A stretch of 64,000 nucleotides of DNA, from assembly GCA_902557655.1 (NCBI GenBank), contig CACEAZ010000001.1, forward strand, positions 7,699 through 71,698, read 5' to 3'. This document shows positions 48,816 to 58,520 of this stretch, piece by piece. This DNA is from an uncultured Bacteroidota bacterium (lineage in GTDB: Bacteria > Bacteroidota > Bacteroidia > Flavobacteriales > Flavobacteriaceae). The notes under the pieces are model-generated. The model did not search any database and was not told the origin of the DNA. It saw only the letters and a program-made list of their open reading frames with translations. The translations under genes and the position numbers were made by a program. The first letter of the stretch is position 1, and every line of letters starts with the position of its first letter.

Positions 48816-49761
48816 ATTCTTTTATTTGATTCGTGTAATAAAAATACTTTTTCAAAACTAATAAGGAAATTATATCTTCTCTTTCTTTATTTTTAAATTG
48901 ATAAACATATTTATTTGCGTTCTTAATTATTTCTAAACATTTATTTAAGTTATTCAAATAATAATTTAATTTTTCTTCTAAATCTGAATAATCTTTTTTT
49001 ATTTCTATATAATGAAAATCCGGTATTAATGTTTTTTCCATGAACCAGGATTCTATCTCTGGCTTTGGCATTACTGCAATAGAATTTGAAGACATTACCC
49101 ATTTTAAATTTGTGGCTACATCAACTCCTTCAACACACATTACAAATTTATATTTTAAGTGATTTTCAATAGAGATTTTATTCTTCAACCATTCGTCATG
49201 AACTCCATTTTTATTTATTTTGCCCAAATCGCATAAATTATTATTGAAGTATTTTTTAAAAAATTCTATCCTTTTTTTATGCTTTTTAGTTATTGCCGAT
49301 CTCCCAATAAGCATATTTTTTTTTTCTTTGAAATTGTTCTTATCACGAGTGTAAGTGAAATGTCTAACCTTATTTAACTTTAATAAAATAGAATTTTCGT
49401 TTTTATTAGAAATGGGTCTACTTTTAACAATTGAGGGCAATTCGGGAATATGAACTATGTCCCCAAAGAGCATATTTATTTTGAAATTTTTTTTAAAAAA
49501 TCTACTGTATTCATATGTGTCAAAAAAGTAGGTTCTGTGGTAGTTTTTAATCTTGAAAGATCTTAGGCTCTTAATTTCTTTTGGTAAATCTATTTTTTTT
49601 TTGAGCTTATTGTAATAATTCACTCTTAATTTTACATGATCGTAATCATAATTTGTTATGTTTTTTAATTTAATATTTAACCTTATTCTGAAAAATAAAT
49701 CAGGAATAATTAGTTTCAGATAATTTAATATGTAATATTTCTGCTTGTTGTTTCTATGCAT
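48796..49761 (-). CDS. Glycosyltransferase family 90 / CAP10-like (LPS-modifying) protein
   Basis: LKYKFVMCVEGVDVATNLKWVMSSNSIAVMP resembles the Glyco_transf_90 core (KY.I.IDG....L.W.L.SNS). The gene looks very Lys/Asn-rich and more AT-rich than its neighbours. Its 3' end overlaps ilvA by 20 nt. Confidence 0.55.
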   Translation of the reverse strand: MHRNNKQKYYILNYLKLIIPDLFFRIRLNIKLKNITNYDYDHVKLRVNYYNKLKKKIDLPKEIKSLRSFKIKNYHRTYFFDTYEYSRFFKKNFKINMLFGDIVHIPELPSIVKSRPISNKNENSILLKLNKVRHFTYTRDKNNFKEKKNMLIGRSAITKKHKKRIEFFKKYFNNNLCDLGKINKNGVHDEWLKNKISIENHLKYKFVMCVEGVDVATNLKWVMSSNSIAVMPKPEIESWFMEKTLIPDFHYIEIKKDYSDLEEKLNYYLNNLNKCLEIIKNANKYVYQFKNKEREDIISLLVLKKYFYYTNQIKEFSNLDY

Positions 49762-49855
49762 TGTAATAGAAAACTTTTAAATTAAAATTTGGTTCTATAA
49801 ACATAATGATTTATTTTTTTGGAATAGAAATTGATTAAGTAATATTTTTATAACT

Positions 49856-51448
49856 ATGGAGTTTAAATTTTCACCTATACCAAATCATTTTGAAATCAAA
49901 GAAACAGTTACACAAGACAATTATCTTGTTAATGGAAAACTTGTTTCTTGGAAAGGGGATTTTTCACCCGTCTATTCTACAATTTCTTCTGATGAAAAAT
50001 ATAAACCTACGCTTCTAGGTAAGATCCCTAGTTTAGGTAAAGATCAAGCTATAGAGGCATTAGACTCCGCCTGTCAAGCTTTTGATAATGGAAAGGGACT
50101 TTGGCCTACCATGAAAGTCGTTGATAGAATAAAGGCAATGGAAAGTTTCGTTGAAGAAATGAAGGGTAAAAGAGAAGAAGTTGTAAATCTGTTAATGTGG
50201 GAAATTGGTAAAAACCACAACGATTCAAAAAAAGAGTTTGATAGAACAGTTGATTATATATATGACACCATAGAGGCATATAAGCAAATCGATAGAGACT
50301 CTGCTAAGTTTCAAAAAAACAGTGGAATAAATGCTCATATAAGAAGAGGACCATTAGGAGTGGTTCTTTGTCTTGGACCATATAATTACCCATTAAATGA
50401 AACCTTTTGTTTATTAATCCCAGCTCTTATGATGGGAAATACGGTTATTTTTAAACCTGCTAAGCATGGGGTTTTATTAATATCTCCGTTAATGGAGGCA
50501 TTTCAAAAACATTTCCCACCTGGAGTGGTAAATGTATTATTTGGAAGGGGTAGAGTTTTAGCTACACCAATTATGGAGTCAGGAAAAATTAATGTTTTGG
50601 CGTTAATTGGTCATAGTTCATCTGCAAATGCTCTTCAAGAATCTCATCCTAAGAAAAATAGACTAAGATTGGTATTGGGTTTAGAAGCAAAAAACCCTGC
50701 TATTATCATGCCTGATGCTGATTTAGATTTAACTATTAAAGAATGTATAAACGGATCCCTATCCTTCAACGGTCAAAGATGTACTGCACTTAAAATAATT
50801 TATGTACATGAAGACGTTAAGGATGTTTTTATTGAAAGATTTTCAAATGAAGTTGATAAATTAAAGTATGGGAATCCATGGGATGAAAATGTAAATCTTA
50901 CCCCATTGCCTGAACCAAGTAAACCAAAGTATATCCAAGAATTAATTTCTGATGCTCAGTCTAAAGGAGCCAAAATCATCAATAAAAATGGAGGTAAGAG
51001 CTGTGAAAATTATGTTTTCCCAGCTATTCTTTTTCCTGTTTCTAAGGATATGGATGTGTATAAGGATGAGCAATTTGGTCCGGTAGTACCAATTATTTCC
51101 TTCAAAGATATTGATACACCTCTTGAGGATATGGCTGAATCAAATTATGGTCAGCAAGTAAGTGTTTTTGGAAAAAACACAAAAACACTAGGACCATTAA
51201 TAGATACTTTGGTTAACCTTGTATGTAGAGTAAACATAAACAGTTCTTGTCAAAGAGGCCCTGATATTTATCCTTTTACAGGAAGAAAAGATTCTGCTTT
51301 TAGCACTTTAAGTGTACATGATGCATTAAGATCGTTTTCGATTAGAACTTTTGTTGCTTCAAAAGATAATAAAGAAAATAATAAAATTATTAAGGACTTA
51401 TTAGGATCAGATAATTCTAATTTTGTTTCTACTGATTATATTCTTTAA
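49856..51448 (+). CDS. Aldehyde dehydrogenase family protein, GapN-like (non-phosphorylating NADP-dependent glyceraldehyde-3-phosphate dehydrogenase type)
   Basis: ALDH catalytic blocks [11 protein letters not shown] (Glu) and [10 protein letters not shown] (Cys), plus EQFGPV. The N-terminal extension is as I recall for bacteroidetal GapN-like enzymes. Confidence 0.7.
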   Translation: MEFKFSPIPNHFEIKETVTQDNYLVNGKLVSWKGDFSPVYSTISSDEKYKPTLLGKIPSLGKDQAIEALDSACQAFDNGKGLWPTMKVVDRIKAMESFVEEMKGKREEVVNLLMWEIGKNHNDSKKEFDRTVDYIYDTIEAYKQIDRDSAKFQKNSGINAHIRRGPLGVVLCLGPYNYPLNETFCLLIPALMMGNTVIFKPAKHGVLLISPLMEAFQKHFPPGVVNVLFGRGRVLATPIMESGKINVLALIGHSSSANALQESHPKKNRLRLVLGLEAKNPAIIMPDADLDLTIKECINGSLSFNGQRCTALKIIYVHEDVKDVFIERFSNEVDKLKYGNPWDENVNLTPLPEPSKPKYIQELISDAQSKGAKIINKNGGKSCENYVFPAILFPVSKDMDVYKDEQFGPVVPIISFKDIDTPLEDMAESNYGQQVSVFGKNTKTLGPLIDTLVNLVCRVNINSSCQRGPDIYPFTGRKDSAFSTLSVHDALRSFSIRTFVASKDNKENNKIIKDLLGSDNSNFVSTDYIL

Positions 51449-51505
51449 TCAAACTTTCTTTTTTTAATTAAAAATATTATTTACATTAGTCCAAGATATA
51501 TTTAT

Positions 51506-51565
51506 ATGAATTTTTACAACTATTTTTTAGACTTTTATTTTTTCTTTTATTTTCAAAGGAATTAG
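51506..51565 (+). CDS. Phe/Tyr-rich leader peptide MNFYNYFLDFYFFFYFQRN (19 aa) of the aromatic amino-acid operon
   Basis: ATG 51506 to TAG 51563-51565. 8 Phe and 5 Tyr among 19 codons. It lies 35 nt upstream of a terminator hairpin that abuts the pheA start. Confidence 0.65.
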   Translation: MNFYNYFLDFYFFFYFQRN

Positions 51566-51599
51566 AGGCTGTTTAATAGAATTAAATTAACTAAATGTG

Positions 51600-51627
51600 G
51601 TCTCGAATATTTCGGGACTTTTTTTTT
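51600..51627 (+). terminator. Attenuator-type intrinsic terminator immediately upstream of pheA
   Basis: GTCTCGAA-TAT-TTCGGGAC (8 bp including one G-U) followed by nine T (51619-51627). The pheA ATG is at 51628. Confidence 0.7.
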
Positions 51628-52455
51628 ATGAAAAAGAAAATTGGCATTCAAGGAATTAGGGGCTCATTTCACCACATCGCTGTTGAAAATTACTTTGATA
51701 TAGAAATAAAACTTTGTGAATATCTCTCCTTCGAAGATATGATTTTCTCTCTGTCTAAAAATGAGATACAATATGCTTTAATGGCTATTGAAAATTCAAC
51801 AGCCGGATCAATAATTCCTAACTATGCACTGATTGATGAATATAATATAAATATTGTCGGAGAACATTATTTAGAGATATCACATAATTTAATGGCTTTG
51901 AAAGGTCAGTCTCTTGATGATATACAAGAGATTCATTCTCATCCCATGGCACTTCTACAATGCAGAGATTTTTTGAAAGAAAACCCGAGTATTAAACTAG
52001 TAGAAGAAAAGGATACTGCCAATGTTGCAAAGAAAATATCTAAAACAAAAACTATGGGAATTGGAGCCATTGCAAGTAAATTGGCGGCTAAAATTTATGA
52101 TCTTAATTTAATCAAAGAAGATATTCAATCAATTAAAAAAAATCAAACCCGTTTTGTTGTCCTAAAAAAAGACAATAGTTTAGACAAATTGCAAATAAAT
52201 AAAGCATCATTAAAATTTGAATTAGACCATAAAAGAGGAAGTTTAGCAGCCATCTTGAATGTACTTAGTGACTGTAAATTAAACCTGACAAAAATTCAAT
52301 CTATGCCAAAAATAGAAACTCCCTGGAGATATTCTTTTTTTGTAGACGTTACTTTTCAAAATCTTGATAATTACTTAAAAGCAAAGTCAATTATTCAAAT
52401 TATGGCTAAGGAATTTAAGGTTTTGGGTGAGTATAAAAATTCAAAAGATGATTAA
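51628..52455 (+). CDS. pheA: Prephenate dehydratase (PDT plus ACT domains)
   Basis: The track start 51595 is trimmed to ATG 51628 (MKKKIGIQGIRGSFHH), because the upstream codons lie in the terminator hairpin and T-run. Motifs: IENSTAGSI, TRFVVL, and an ACT domain with GSLAAILNVL. Confidence 0.9.
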   Translation: MKKKIGIQGIRGSFHHIAVENYFDIEIKLCEYLSFEDMIFSLSKNEIQYALMAIENSTAGSIIPNYALIDEYNINIVGEHYLEISHNLMALKGQSLDDIQEIHSHPMALLQCRDFLKENPSIKLVEEKDTANVAKKISKTKTMGIGAIASKLAAKIYDLNLIKEDIQSIKKNQTRFVVLKKDNSLDKLQINKASLKFELDHKRGSLAAILNVLSDCKLNLTKIQSMPKIETPWRYSFFVDVTFQNLDNYLKAKSIIQIMAKEFKVLGEYKNSKDD

Positions 52456-53590
52456 GCACTCTGAAAGATTAGATAGAATAACGGAATATTACTTTTCAAA
52501 AAAATCAAGAGAGGTAAGATCCTTAATAGATCAAGGACAAGATATTATTAATCTTGGAATTGGCAGCCCTGATTTGAAGCCTCCAAAATCTTCATTAGAA
52601 AACTTAACAAAAGCATTAAATGATAAAAACGCAAATAAATATCAAAGTTATAATGGGATCGAATTATTTCGAAGAGAAATTTCTAATTTCTACCAATCTT
52701 ATTTCAATGTTAAATTAAATCCTAAAAATGAAATCCTTCCATTAATTGGTAGTAAAGAAGGTATTTTTCATATTTCAATGTCTTTTTTAGAAAAAAATGA
52801 TAAGGTTTTGGTTCCTAATCCTGGATACCCAACTTATTCTTCAATTTCAAATTTATTAGGAAATGATATCATATACTATGATCTGTCTGAAAAAAACAAT
52901 TGGCTTCCAAATGTAAATGAGTTAAGTAAAATTGATTTAACTGATGTTAAAATAATGTGGATTAATTATCCTCATATGCCTACGGGAGCAAACGCATCAA
53001 TTTCATTTTTTGAAGAGCTTATTGATTTCGCAAAGGCAAATAATATATTATTAATTAATGATAATCCATATAGTTTCATTTTAAATGATAATCCAATAAG
53101 TTTATTAAGTGTAAAAGGAGCAAAGGAAACATGTATAGAATTAAATTCTCTGAGCAAAAGTTTTAATATGGCCGGGTGGAGATTAGGCTTTGCAATTTCG
53201 AATAATAAATATATTTCAAATATTTTAAAGGTAAAAAGTAATATAGATTCTGGAATGTTCTATCCATTACAAATTGGAGCCATTTCTGCACTAAATCAGT
53301 CTTCAAATTGGTTTTCGTCCCAAAATAAAATATATTCTGAAAGAAGAATATTAATATGGAAATTAGCTGATAAGCTAAATTGTACATATTCAAAAAATTC
53401 ATCTGGATTATTTGTTTGGGCAAAGATTAAAAAAGATATGTCCTCTGTCGATTTTATTGATGACTTGTTATATAATCATCAGATTTTTATAGCACCTGGA
53501 AGTATTTTTGGATCAAATGGTGAAGGTTATGTTCGTTTTTCACTATGTAATTCAAAGGAAAATATAATTAAAGCCATTAGAAGATTATGA
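52448..53590 (+). CDS. Class I/II PLP-dependent aminotransferase (aromatic/prephenate aminotransferase candidate)
   Basis: LGIGSPD, NPGYPTY, NNP.NPTG-like INYPHMPTG, and SLSKSFNMAGWRLGF (PLP Lys). ATG 52448 overlaps the pheA stop (ATGATTAA). Confidence 0.85.
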   Translation: MIKHSERLDRITEYYFSKKSREVRSLIDQGQDIINLGIGSPDLKPPKSSLENLTKALNDKNANKYQSYNGIELFRREISNFYQSYFNVKLNPKNEILPLIGSKEGIFHISMSFLEKNDKVLVPNPGYPTYSSISNLLGNDIIYYDLSEKNNWLPNVNELSKIDLTDVKIMWINYPHMPTGANASISFFEELIDFAKANNILLINDNPYSFILNDNPISLLSVKGAKETCIELNSLSKSFNMAGWRLGFAISNNKYISNILKVKSNIDSGMFYPLQIGAISALNQSSNWFSSQNKIYSERRILIWKLADKLNCTYSKNSSGLFVWAKIKKDMSSVDFIDDLLYNHQIFIAPGSIFGSNGEGYVRFSLCNSKENIIKAIRRL

Positions 53591-54441
53591 GTCGAAAAAT
53601 ATACATAATTGGAGTTGGTTTAATCGGGGGTAGTTTTGCTTTAGAAATAAAAAAAATTTTCCCAGATTCTAATATAATAGGAATAGATAATTCGAAAGAA
53701 AATTTAGATCAAGCTATCAATTTGGGAATAATTGATGCAATAGGATCTATTGATGATATCACAAGCCCTTTTATGATATTACTTGCAATTCCTGTAAAGT
53801 CAATAATAAACATACTTCCAAATGTTCTTGGTAAATCTACTCAAGATACCATAGTTATTGATTTTGGCTCTACAAAAAATTCAATCTGTAAATCCGTAAT
53901 GAATCATAAAAATAGATCAAATTTTGTTGCAGCTCATCCTATTGCTGGTACCGAATTTTCAGGACCAAATGCAGCTCATTATGGACTTTTCGACAATAAG
54001 AATATAATTATTTGTGAACATGAAAAATCAAATGACAACATCATTAATACTGCTTTAGAAATTTTTTCAAAAATGAAGATGATTGTTAGTTATATGGATT
54101 CTATTTCTCATGATAAGCACATTGCCTATGTTTCTCATCTTTCACATTTAAGTTCATTTATGTTAGGAAAAACTGTTATGGATGAAGAAGAAAGTGAAAA
54201 AAATATTTTTGACATGGCAGGAAGTGGTTTTGAGTCAACTGTTCGATTAGCAAAAAGTTCTCCTAAAATGTGGACTGATATTTTTGATGATAACAAAGCA
54301 AATGTTTTAAAATCTCTTTCAGACTACATTAATAATTTAGAGCTTATTAAAGATTTAATAGAATCAAATAAATTTGAAGAGTTAGAGACACAATTAAAGA
54401 AAACTAATTACATTAAAAAGATATTAAAAGGAATTAATTAA
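53587..54441 (+). CDS. tyrA: Prephenate dehydrogenase
   Basis: IIGVGLIGGSFA Rossmann motif, DFGSTK, and HPIAGTEFSGP. The ATGA overlaps the upstream gene. Confidence 0.88.
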   Translation: MSRKIYIIGVGLIGGSFALEIKKIFPDSNIIGIDNSKENLDQAINLGIIDAIGSIDDITSPFMILLAIPVKSIINILPNVLGKSTQDTIVIDFGSTKNSICKSVMNHKNRSNFVAAHPIAGTEFSGPNAAHYGLFDNKNIIICEHEKSNDNIINTALEIFSKMKMIVSYMDSISHDKHIAYVSHLSHLSSFMLGKTVMDEEESEKNIFDMAGSGFESTVRLAKSSPKMWTDIFDDNKANVLKSLSDYINNLELIKDLIESNKFEELETQLKKTNYIKKILKGIN

Positions 54442-54443
54442 TT

Positions 54444-55535
54444 ATGAAAAATAGCAGAAGTTTAAGAAAATGGTTAGATGATATGAATCTATCACACCCA
54501 CTTTTAATAGCAGGACCATGTAGTGCAGAAACAGAAGTTCAAGTATTAGATATCGCAAATCAATTAAAAGACTCAGATGTTACAATATACAGAGCCGGTA
54601 TATGGAAACCCAGAACCAGACCAGGTAATTTTGAAGGAGTTGGAGCATTGGCATTAGAGTGGTTGAAAAAAGTGAAAAAAGAAACAGGTATATTAACTAC
54701 TACCGAAGTTGCAAATGCTAATCATGTTGATCTTGCTTTGAAAAATGAAATAGATATTTTATGGATCGGGGCCAGAACAACTGTAAGCCCTTTTATCGTT
54801 CAAGAAATTGCGGAGGCACTTAGAGGGACAAATAAAATAGTTTTGATAAAAAATCCTGTTAACCCAGATTTGTCCTTATGGATGGGTGCAATTGAAAGAT
54901 TTTATTCTTCAAATATTAAAAATATCGGAGCAATTCACAGAGGATTTTCTACATATGAAAAAACAAAATACAGAAACAATCCAGAATGGCAAATAGCAAT
55001 TGATTTACAAAGAAAATTACCCGATTTACCTTTAATACTAGACCCTTCTCACATAGCTGGGAGAAGAGATTTAATTTTTGATTTGTGTCAAACAGCTTTA
55101 GATTTAAACTACGATGGATTAATGATAGAATCTCATAATGACCCAGATAATGCTTGGAGCGATGCAAAGCAGCAAATTACTCCAAAAGAATTAAAACTAC
55201 TGACAAAAAATCTGATAATTAGAGGTGCTACTACTGATAATGAGGACTATAATGATAAACTTAAAAATTTAAGAACTCAGATAAATTTATATGATAATCA
55301 ATTAATTAATATCTTAGGTAATAGAATGGATGTTGCTGAAAAAATTGGGTTGTTAAAAAAGAAAAATAACGTTGCCGTTTTACAATCTAAGAGATGGAAT
55401 GAAATTTTGGGAAAGATGATACTTGAAGGTGATGAAAAAAATTTAAGTGAGGAATTTATTTTGAAGGTTTTCAAAGCAATTCATCAAGAATCGATTAATC
55501 ATCAGGAGATGATCTTAAAAACAGATAATAATTGA
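54444..55535 (+). CDS. Bifunctional 3-deoxy-7-phosphoheptulonate (DAHP) synthase (type I-beta) / chorismate mutase
   Basis: IAGPCSAE, YRAGIWKPRT.PG.FEG, WIGARTT and DPSH in the N-terminal two-thirds. The C-terminal roughly 90 aa are CM type II-like (LRTQINLYDNQLINILGNRMDVAEKIG). Confidence 0.88.
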   Translation: MKNSRSLRKWLDDMNLSHPLLIAGPCSAETEVQVLDIANQLKDSDVTIYRAGIWKPRTRPGNFEGVGALALEWLKKVKKETGILTTTEVANANHVDLALKNEIDILWIGARTTVSPFIVQEIAEALRGTNKIVLIKNPVNPDLSLWMGAIERFYSSNIKNIGAIHRGFSTYEKTKYRNNPEWQIAIDLQRKLPDLPLILDPSHIAGRRDLIFDLCQTALDLNYDGLMIESHNDPDNAWSDAKQQITPKELKLLTKNLIIRGATTDNEDYNDKLKNLRTQINLYDNQLINILGNRMDVAEKIGLLKKKNNVAVLQSKRWNEILGKMILEGDEKNLSEEFILKVFKAIHQESINHQEMILKTDNN

Positions 55536-56461
55536 TAGGAACAGTTTACAAATCAACTGGCTCATGGTACTCTGTCAAAACGGATGAGGGAAGGTTTTAT
55601 CAATGCAAAATAAAAGGAAAACTAAGACTTGAGAATTTTAAAAGTACAAATCCAGTAGCCGTTGGGGACAGAGTTAATTTTTCTTTGGAACATAATGAAG
55701 CAGAAAATTTAGGTATAATCCAAAATATTCTAGAAAGAAAGAATTATATAGTAAGAAAGTCCGTTAATTTATCTAAGCAATCACATATTTTAGCCTCCAA
55801 TATTGATTTATTGGTCATGGTTATCACAATTAAAGATCCGATAACTACAACCAGTTTCATAGATAGATTTTTGGTTAACTCAGAAGCTTATTCAATTGAA
55901 ACATTATTGGTATTTAACAAATATGATATTTATGACAAAGAGGAGCGAAACAAGATTGACAATCTAGTTGAAATTTATTCAAATATTGGATATAAATGCC
56001 TTTTAACCTCAACTATTAATAATTTTAATATTTCAAAATTAAAAGAAGAAGTAACCAAAAAAACAATTATGTTTGGAGGTCATTCTGGTGTTGGTAAAAC
56101 ATCATTAATAAATGCTATAGATGCTTCATTAGAATTGAAAGTAGGAGATATATCATCTCAGCATTTACAAGGTAAACATACAACTACGTATGCTGAGTTA
56201 TTTGATTTGGATAGCAATACAAAGCTTATCGACACACCTGGAATTAAAGGTTTTGGTCTTGTTAATTTTAAAAAAGAAGAGATTTCAGATTTTTTCCCTG
56301 AGTTTTTAAAAGAAAAAAACAAATGTAAGTTTAGTAATTGTCTTCATTTAAACGAACCAAATTGTCGGATTAAAGAAATGGTTAAAAAAAATATAATTTC
56401 AGGTTCTAGATATGAAAACTATATTCAGATTTTGAATGATGAAAATTTAAAACACAGGTAA
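55532..56461 (+). CDS. rsgA: Ribosome small-subunit-dependent GTPase A
   Basis: GTVYKSTGSWY OB-fold N-terminus, NKYDI, GHSGVGKTSLIN, DTPG, and the zinc knuckle CKFSNCLHLNEPNC. TTG start overlaps the upstream stop (TTGA). Confidence 0.9.
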   Translation: MIGTVYKSTGSWYSVKTDEGRFYQCKIKGKLRLENFKSTNPVAVGDRVNFSLEHNEAENLGIIQNILERKNYIVRKSVNLSKQSHILASNIDLLVMVITIKDPITTTSFIDRFLVNSEAYSIETLLVFNKYDIYDKEERNKIDNLVEIYSNIGYKCLLTSTINNFNISKLKEEVTKKTIMFGGHSGVGKTSLINAIDASLELKVGDISSQHLQGKHTTTYAELFDLDSNTKLIDTPGIKGFGLVNFKKEEISDFFPEFLKEKNKCKFSNCLHLNEPNCRIKEMVKKNIISGSRYENYIQILNDENLKHR

Positions 56462-56905
56462 TTGAAATTAGTAGTCCAAAGGGTAAAAAAATCAAATTTA
56501 AAAATCAAGAATCAATTATATTCTTCGATTAATACTGGGATGGTAATTTTGATTGGAATCTCAAAAAATGATAATTATGAAATGGCTAAAGAATTGGCCA
56601 ACAAAATCATAAAACTTAGAATTTTTAATGATGATAACGGAAAAATGAATAAAAACATAATGCAAATAAAAGGTGAGGTTTTAGTTGTTAGCCAATTTAC
56701 TTTGTATGCTGATACAAATAAGGGTAATAGACCAAGTTTCATCAATGCAGCAAAACCAGAATTAGCTATCTCACTTTATAACCACTTTATAGATGAATTA
56801 CAAAAATTAATTTCATCAAAAGTTAGAACAGGAAAATTTGGTACCGAAATGAAGATTGAACTCATCAATGATGGCCCCGTTACTATAATATTAGAAAAAA
56901 ATTGA
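56462..56905 (+). CDS. dtd: D-aminoacyl-tRNA (D-Tyr-tRNA) deacylase
   Basis: MKLVVQRVK, SQFTLYADTNKGNRPSF and NDGPVTI. TTG start directly follows the rsgA stop. Confidence 0.9.
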   Translation: MKLVVQRVKKSNLKIKNQLYSSINTGMVILIGISKNDNYEMAKELANKIIKLRIFNDDNGKMNKNIMQIKGEVLVVSQFTLYADTNKGNRPSFINAAKPELAISLYNHFIDELQKLISSKVRTGKFGTEMKIELINDGPVTIILEKN

Positions 56906-56911
56906 TAAACT

Positions 56912-57238
56912 ATGGAAATTAAAAAATTGCAATTAAAGGTAGACGATTGGATTAAAAGTCACGGAGTCAGATACTTTAATGAATTAACAAATATGGCCCA
57001 ATTAACTGAAGAGGTTGGAGAAGTTGCTAGAATTATTTCAAGAAAATACGGAGAGCAAAGCTTTAAAAATTCAGACAAAAAAGTTGATTTAGCCGGTGAA
57101 TTATCAGATGTTTTATTTGTTTTGTTATGTTTAGCAAATCAAACAGGTGTTGACCTTCAAAATTCATTTGACGATAGACTTAAAATGAAAGCCGAAAGAG
57201 ATCATGACAGGCATCATACAAATGAAAAGTTAAGCTAA
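56912..57238 (+). CDS. MazG-like nucleotide pyrophosphohydrolase (small, single-domain)
   Basis: The EExGExxR-type motif LTEEVGEVARII and a second acidic helix ELSDVLFVLLCLAN. Confidence 0.8.
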   Translation: MEIKKLQLKVDDWIKSHGVRYFNELTNMAQLTEEVGEVARIISRKYGEQSFKNSDKKVDLAGELSDVLFVLLCLANQTGVDLQNSFDDRLKMKAERDHDRHHTNEKLS

Positions 57239-58453
57239 ATGAATTCTTTATTAGTTAATTCTAATTTAAAATACAGTAAACTTTCTATTAATGGCTCTAA
57301 AAGTGAATCCAACAGATTATTAATATTAAAGAGTCTTTATAAAAATTTATCTATAATTAACATTTCAGATTGCGATGACACTAACTTTTTAGAAAATGCG
57401 CTCCAGGGAAGCTCAAGTATTGTAGATATTGGTCACGCTGGAACTGCTATGAGATTTTTAACATCTTTTTTTTCGATTCAAGCAGACTCTCCAAAAACTT
57501 TAACAGGTTCTTCAAGAATGAAGCAAAGACCAATTAAAATTTTGGTTGATGCCTTGAGAAATTTAGGAGCAGAGATCGCTTATTTAGAAAAAGATGGGTT
57601 TCCACCTTTATTAATTAAACCATCAGTTTTAATAGGGGGTGAGATAAATATAGATTCATCTATTAGTAGCCAGTACATATCATCATTACTACTAATTGCC
57701 CCAAAAATAAAAGGAGGCTTGAAAATCAACTTAGATGGAAAGGAAACCTCTTTGCCATATATTAAAATGACAATAAATTTATTAGAGCAGATTGGGGTTA
57801 CGGTAATTTGTAATAAAAATAGTATCGAAGTAAAAGAATTAAATGAAACTATACCAAAAGAAATTTTTGTTGAGTCAGATTGGTCTTCAGCATCTTATTT
57901 TTATTCTATAGTAGCAATGGCTCCAATTGGATTTAAAATTTGTTTAAATAGTTTTAAAAAAGATAGTATTCAAGGAGATAGTCTGGTTAAAGATTTTTTT
58001 CAAATTTTTGGAGTACAAACAACTTTTTTAAACGACTCAATTATAATTGAGAAAGTTACAGAGGCAAAAAAAACCATTTCCTTAGATTTATCATCAAACC
58101 CGGATTTGGCCCAAACAATTTGTGTTACTTGTCTTGGCTTAAAAGTTTCCTGTAATTTAAACGGATTGCATACTTTAAAAATTAAAGAAACTGATAGATT
58201 AAATGCCCTAAAAAATGAATTAAGCAAGTTTGGATTAAATGTAAAAATTACTTCAGATTCCATTAAATTTAATTCTGATGTAGATTTAATTCCGAATGTA
58301 GAAATTGAAACATATGATGATCACAGAATGGCCATGGCATTTGCATGTTTATCTGTAAAAACAAATATTAAAATTTTAAATTCGCAAGTAGTTTCTAAAT
58401 CCTACCCCTCTTTTTGGTCAGATTTATCTAAAATAGGAATTGTTTCAAAATAA
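57239..58453 (+). CDS. aroA: 3-phosphoshikimate 1-carboxyvinyltransferase (EPSP synthase)
   Basis: GSKSESNRLLIL, GHAGTAMRFLT, RMKQRPI, SSQYISSLLL and DDHRMAMAF. Confidence 0.92.
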   Translation: MNSLLVNSNLKYSKLSINGSKSESNRLLILKSLYKNLSIINISDCDDTNFLENALQGSSSIVDIGHAGTAMRFLTSFFSIQADSPKTLTGSSRMKQRPIKILVDALRNLGAEIAYLEKDGFPPLLIKPSVLIGGEINIDSSISSQYISSLLLIAPKIKGGLKINLDGKETSLPYIKMTINLLEQIGVTVICNKNSIEVKELNETIPKEIFVESDWSSASYFYSIVAMAPIGFKICLNSFKKDSIQGDSLVKDFFQIFGVQTTFLNDSIIIEKVTEAKKTISLDLSSNPDLAQTICVTCLGLKVSCNLNGLHTLKIKETDRLNALKNELSKFGLNVKITSDSIKFNSDVDLIPNVEIETYDDHRMAMAFACLSVKTNIKILNSQVVSKSYPSFWSDLSKIGIVSK

Positions 58454-58492
58454 AATAATACTATTTACTTGACAACCCCTATCTCGAGATTG

Positions 58493-58500
58493 TATATTTG
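58493..58500 (+). promoter_or_regulatory. Candidate -7 box (TATATTTG) for queA-rlmN
   Basis: Exact TAnnTTTG 21 nt upstream of ATG 58521. Confidence 0.45.
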
Positions 58501-58520
58501 CAACTTTTAATACCTCCATT

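Noticed and set aside
51595-51627. The 5' extension of pheA (MWSRIFRDFFF).
   Set aside because: These codons are the terminator hairpin and T-run read as protein. The conserved PDT N-terminus begins at MKKKIGIQG (51628).
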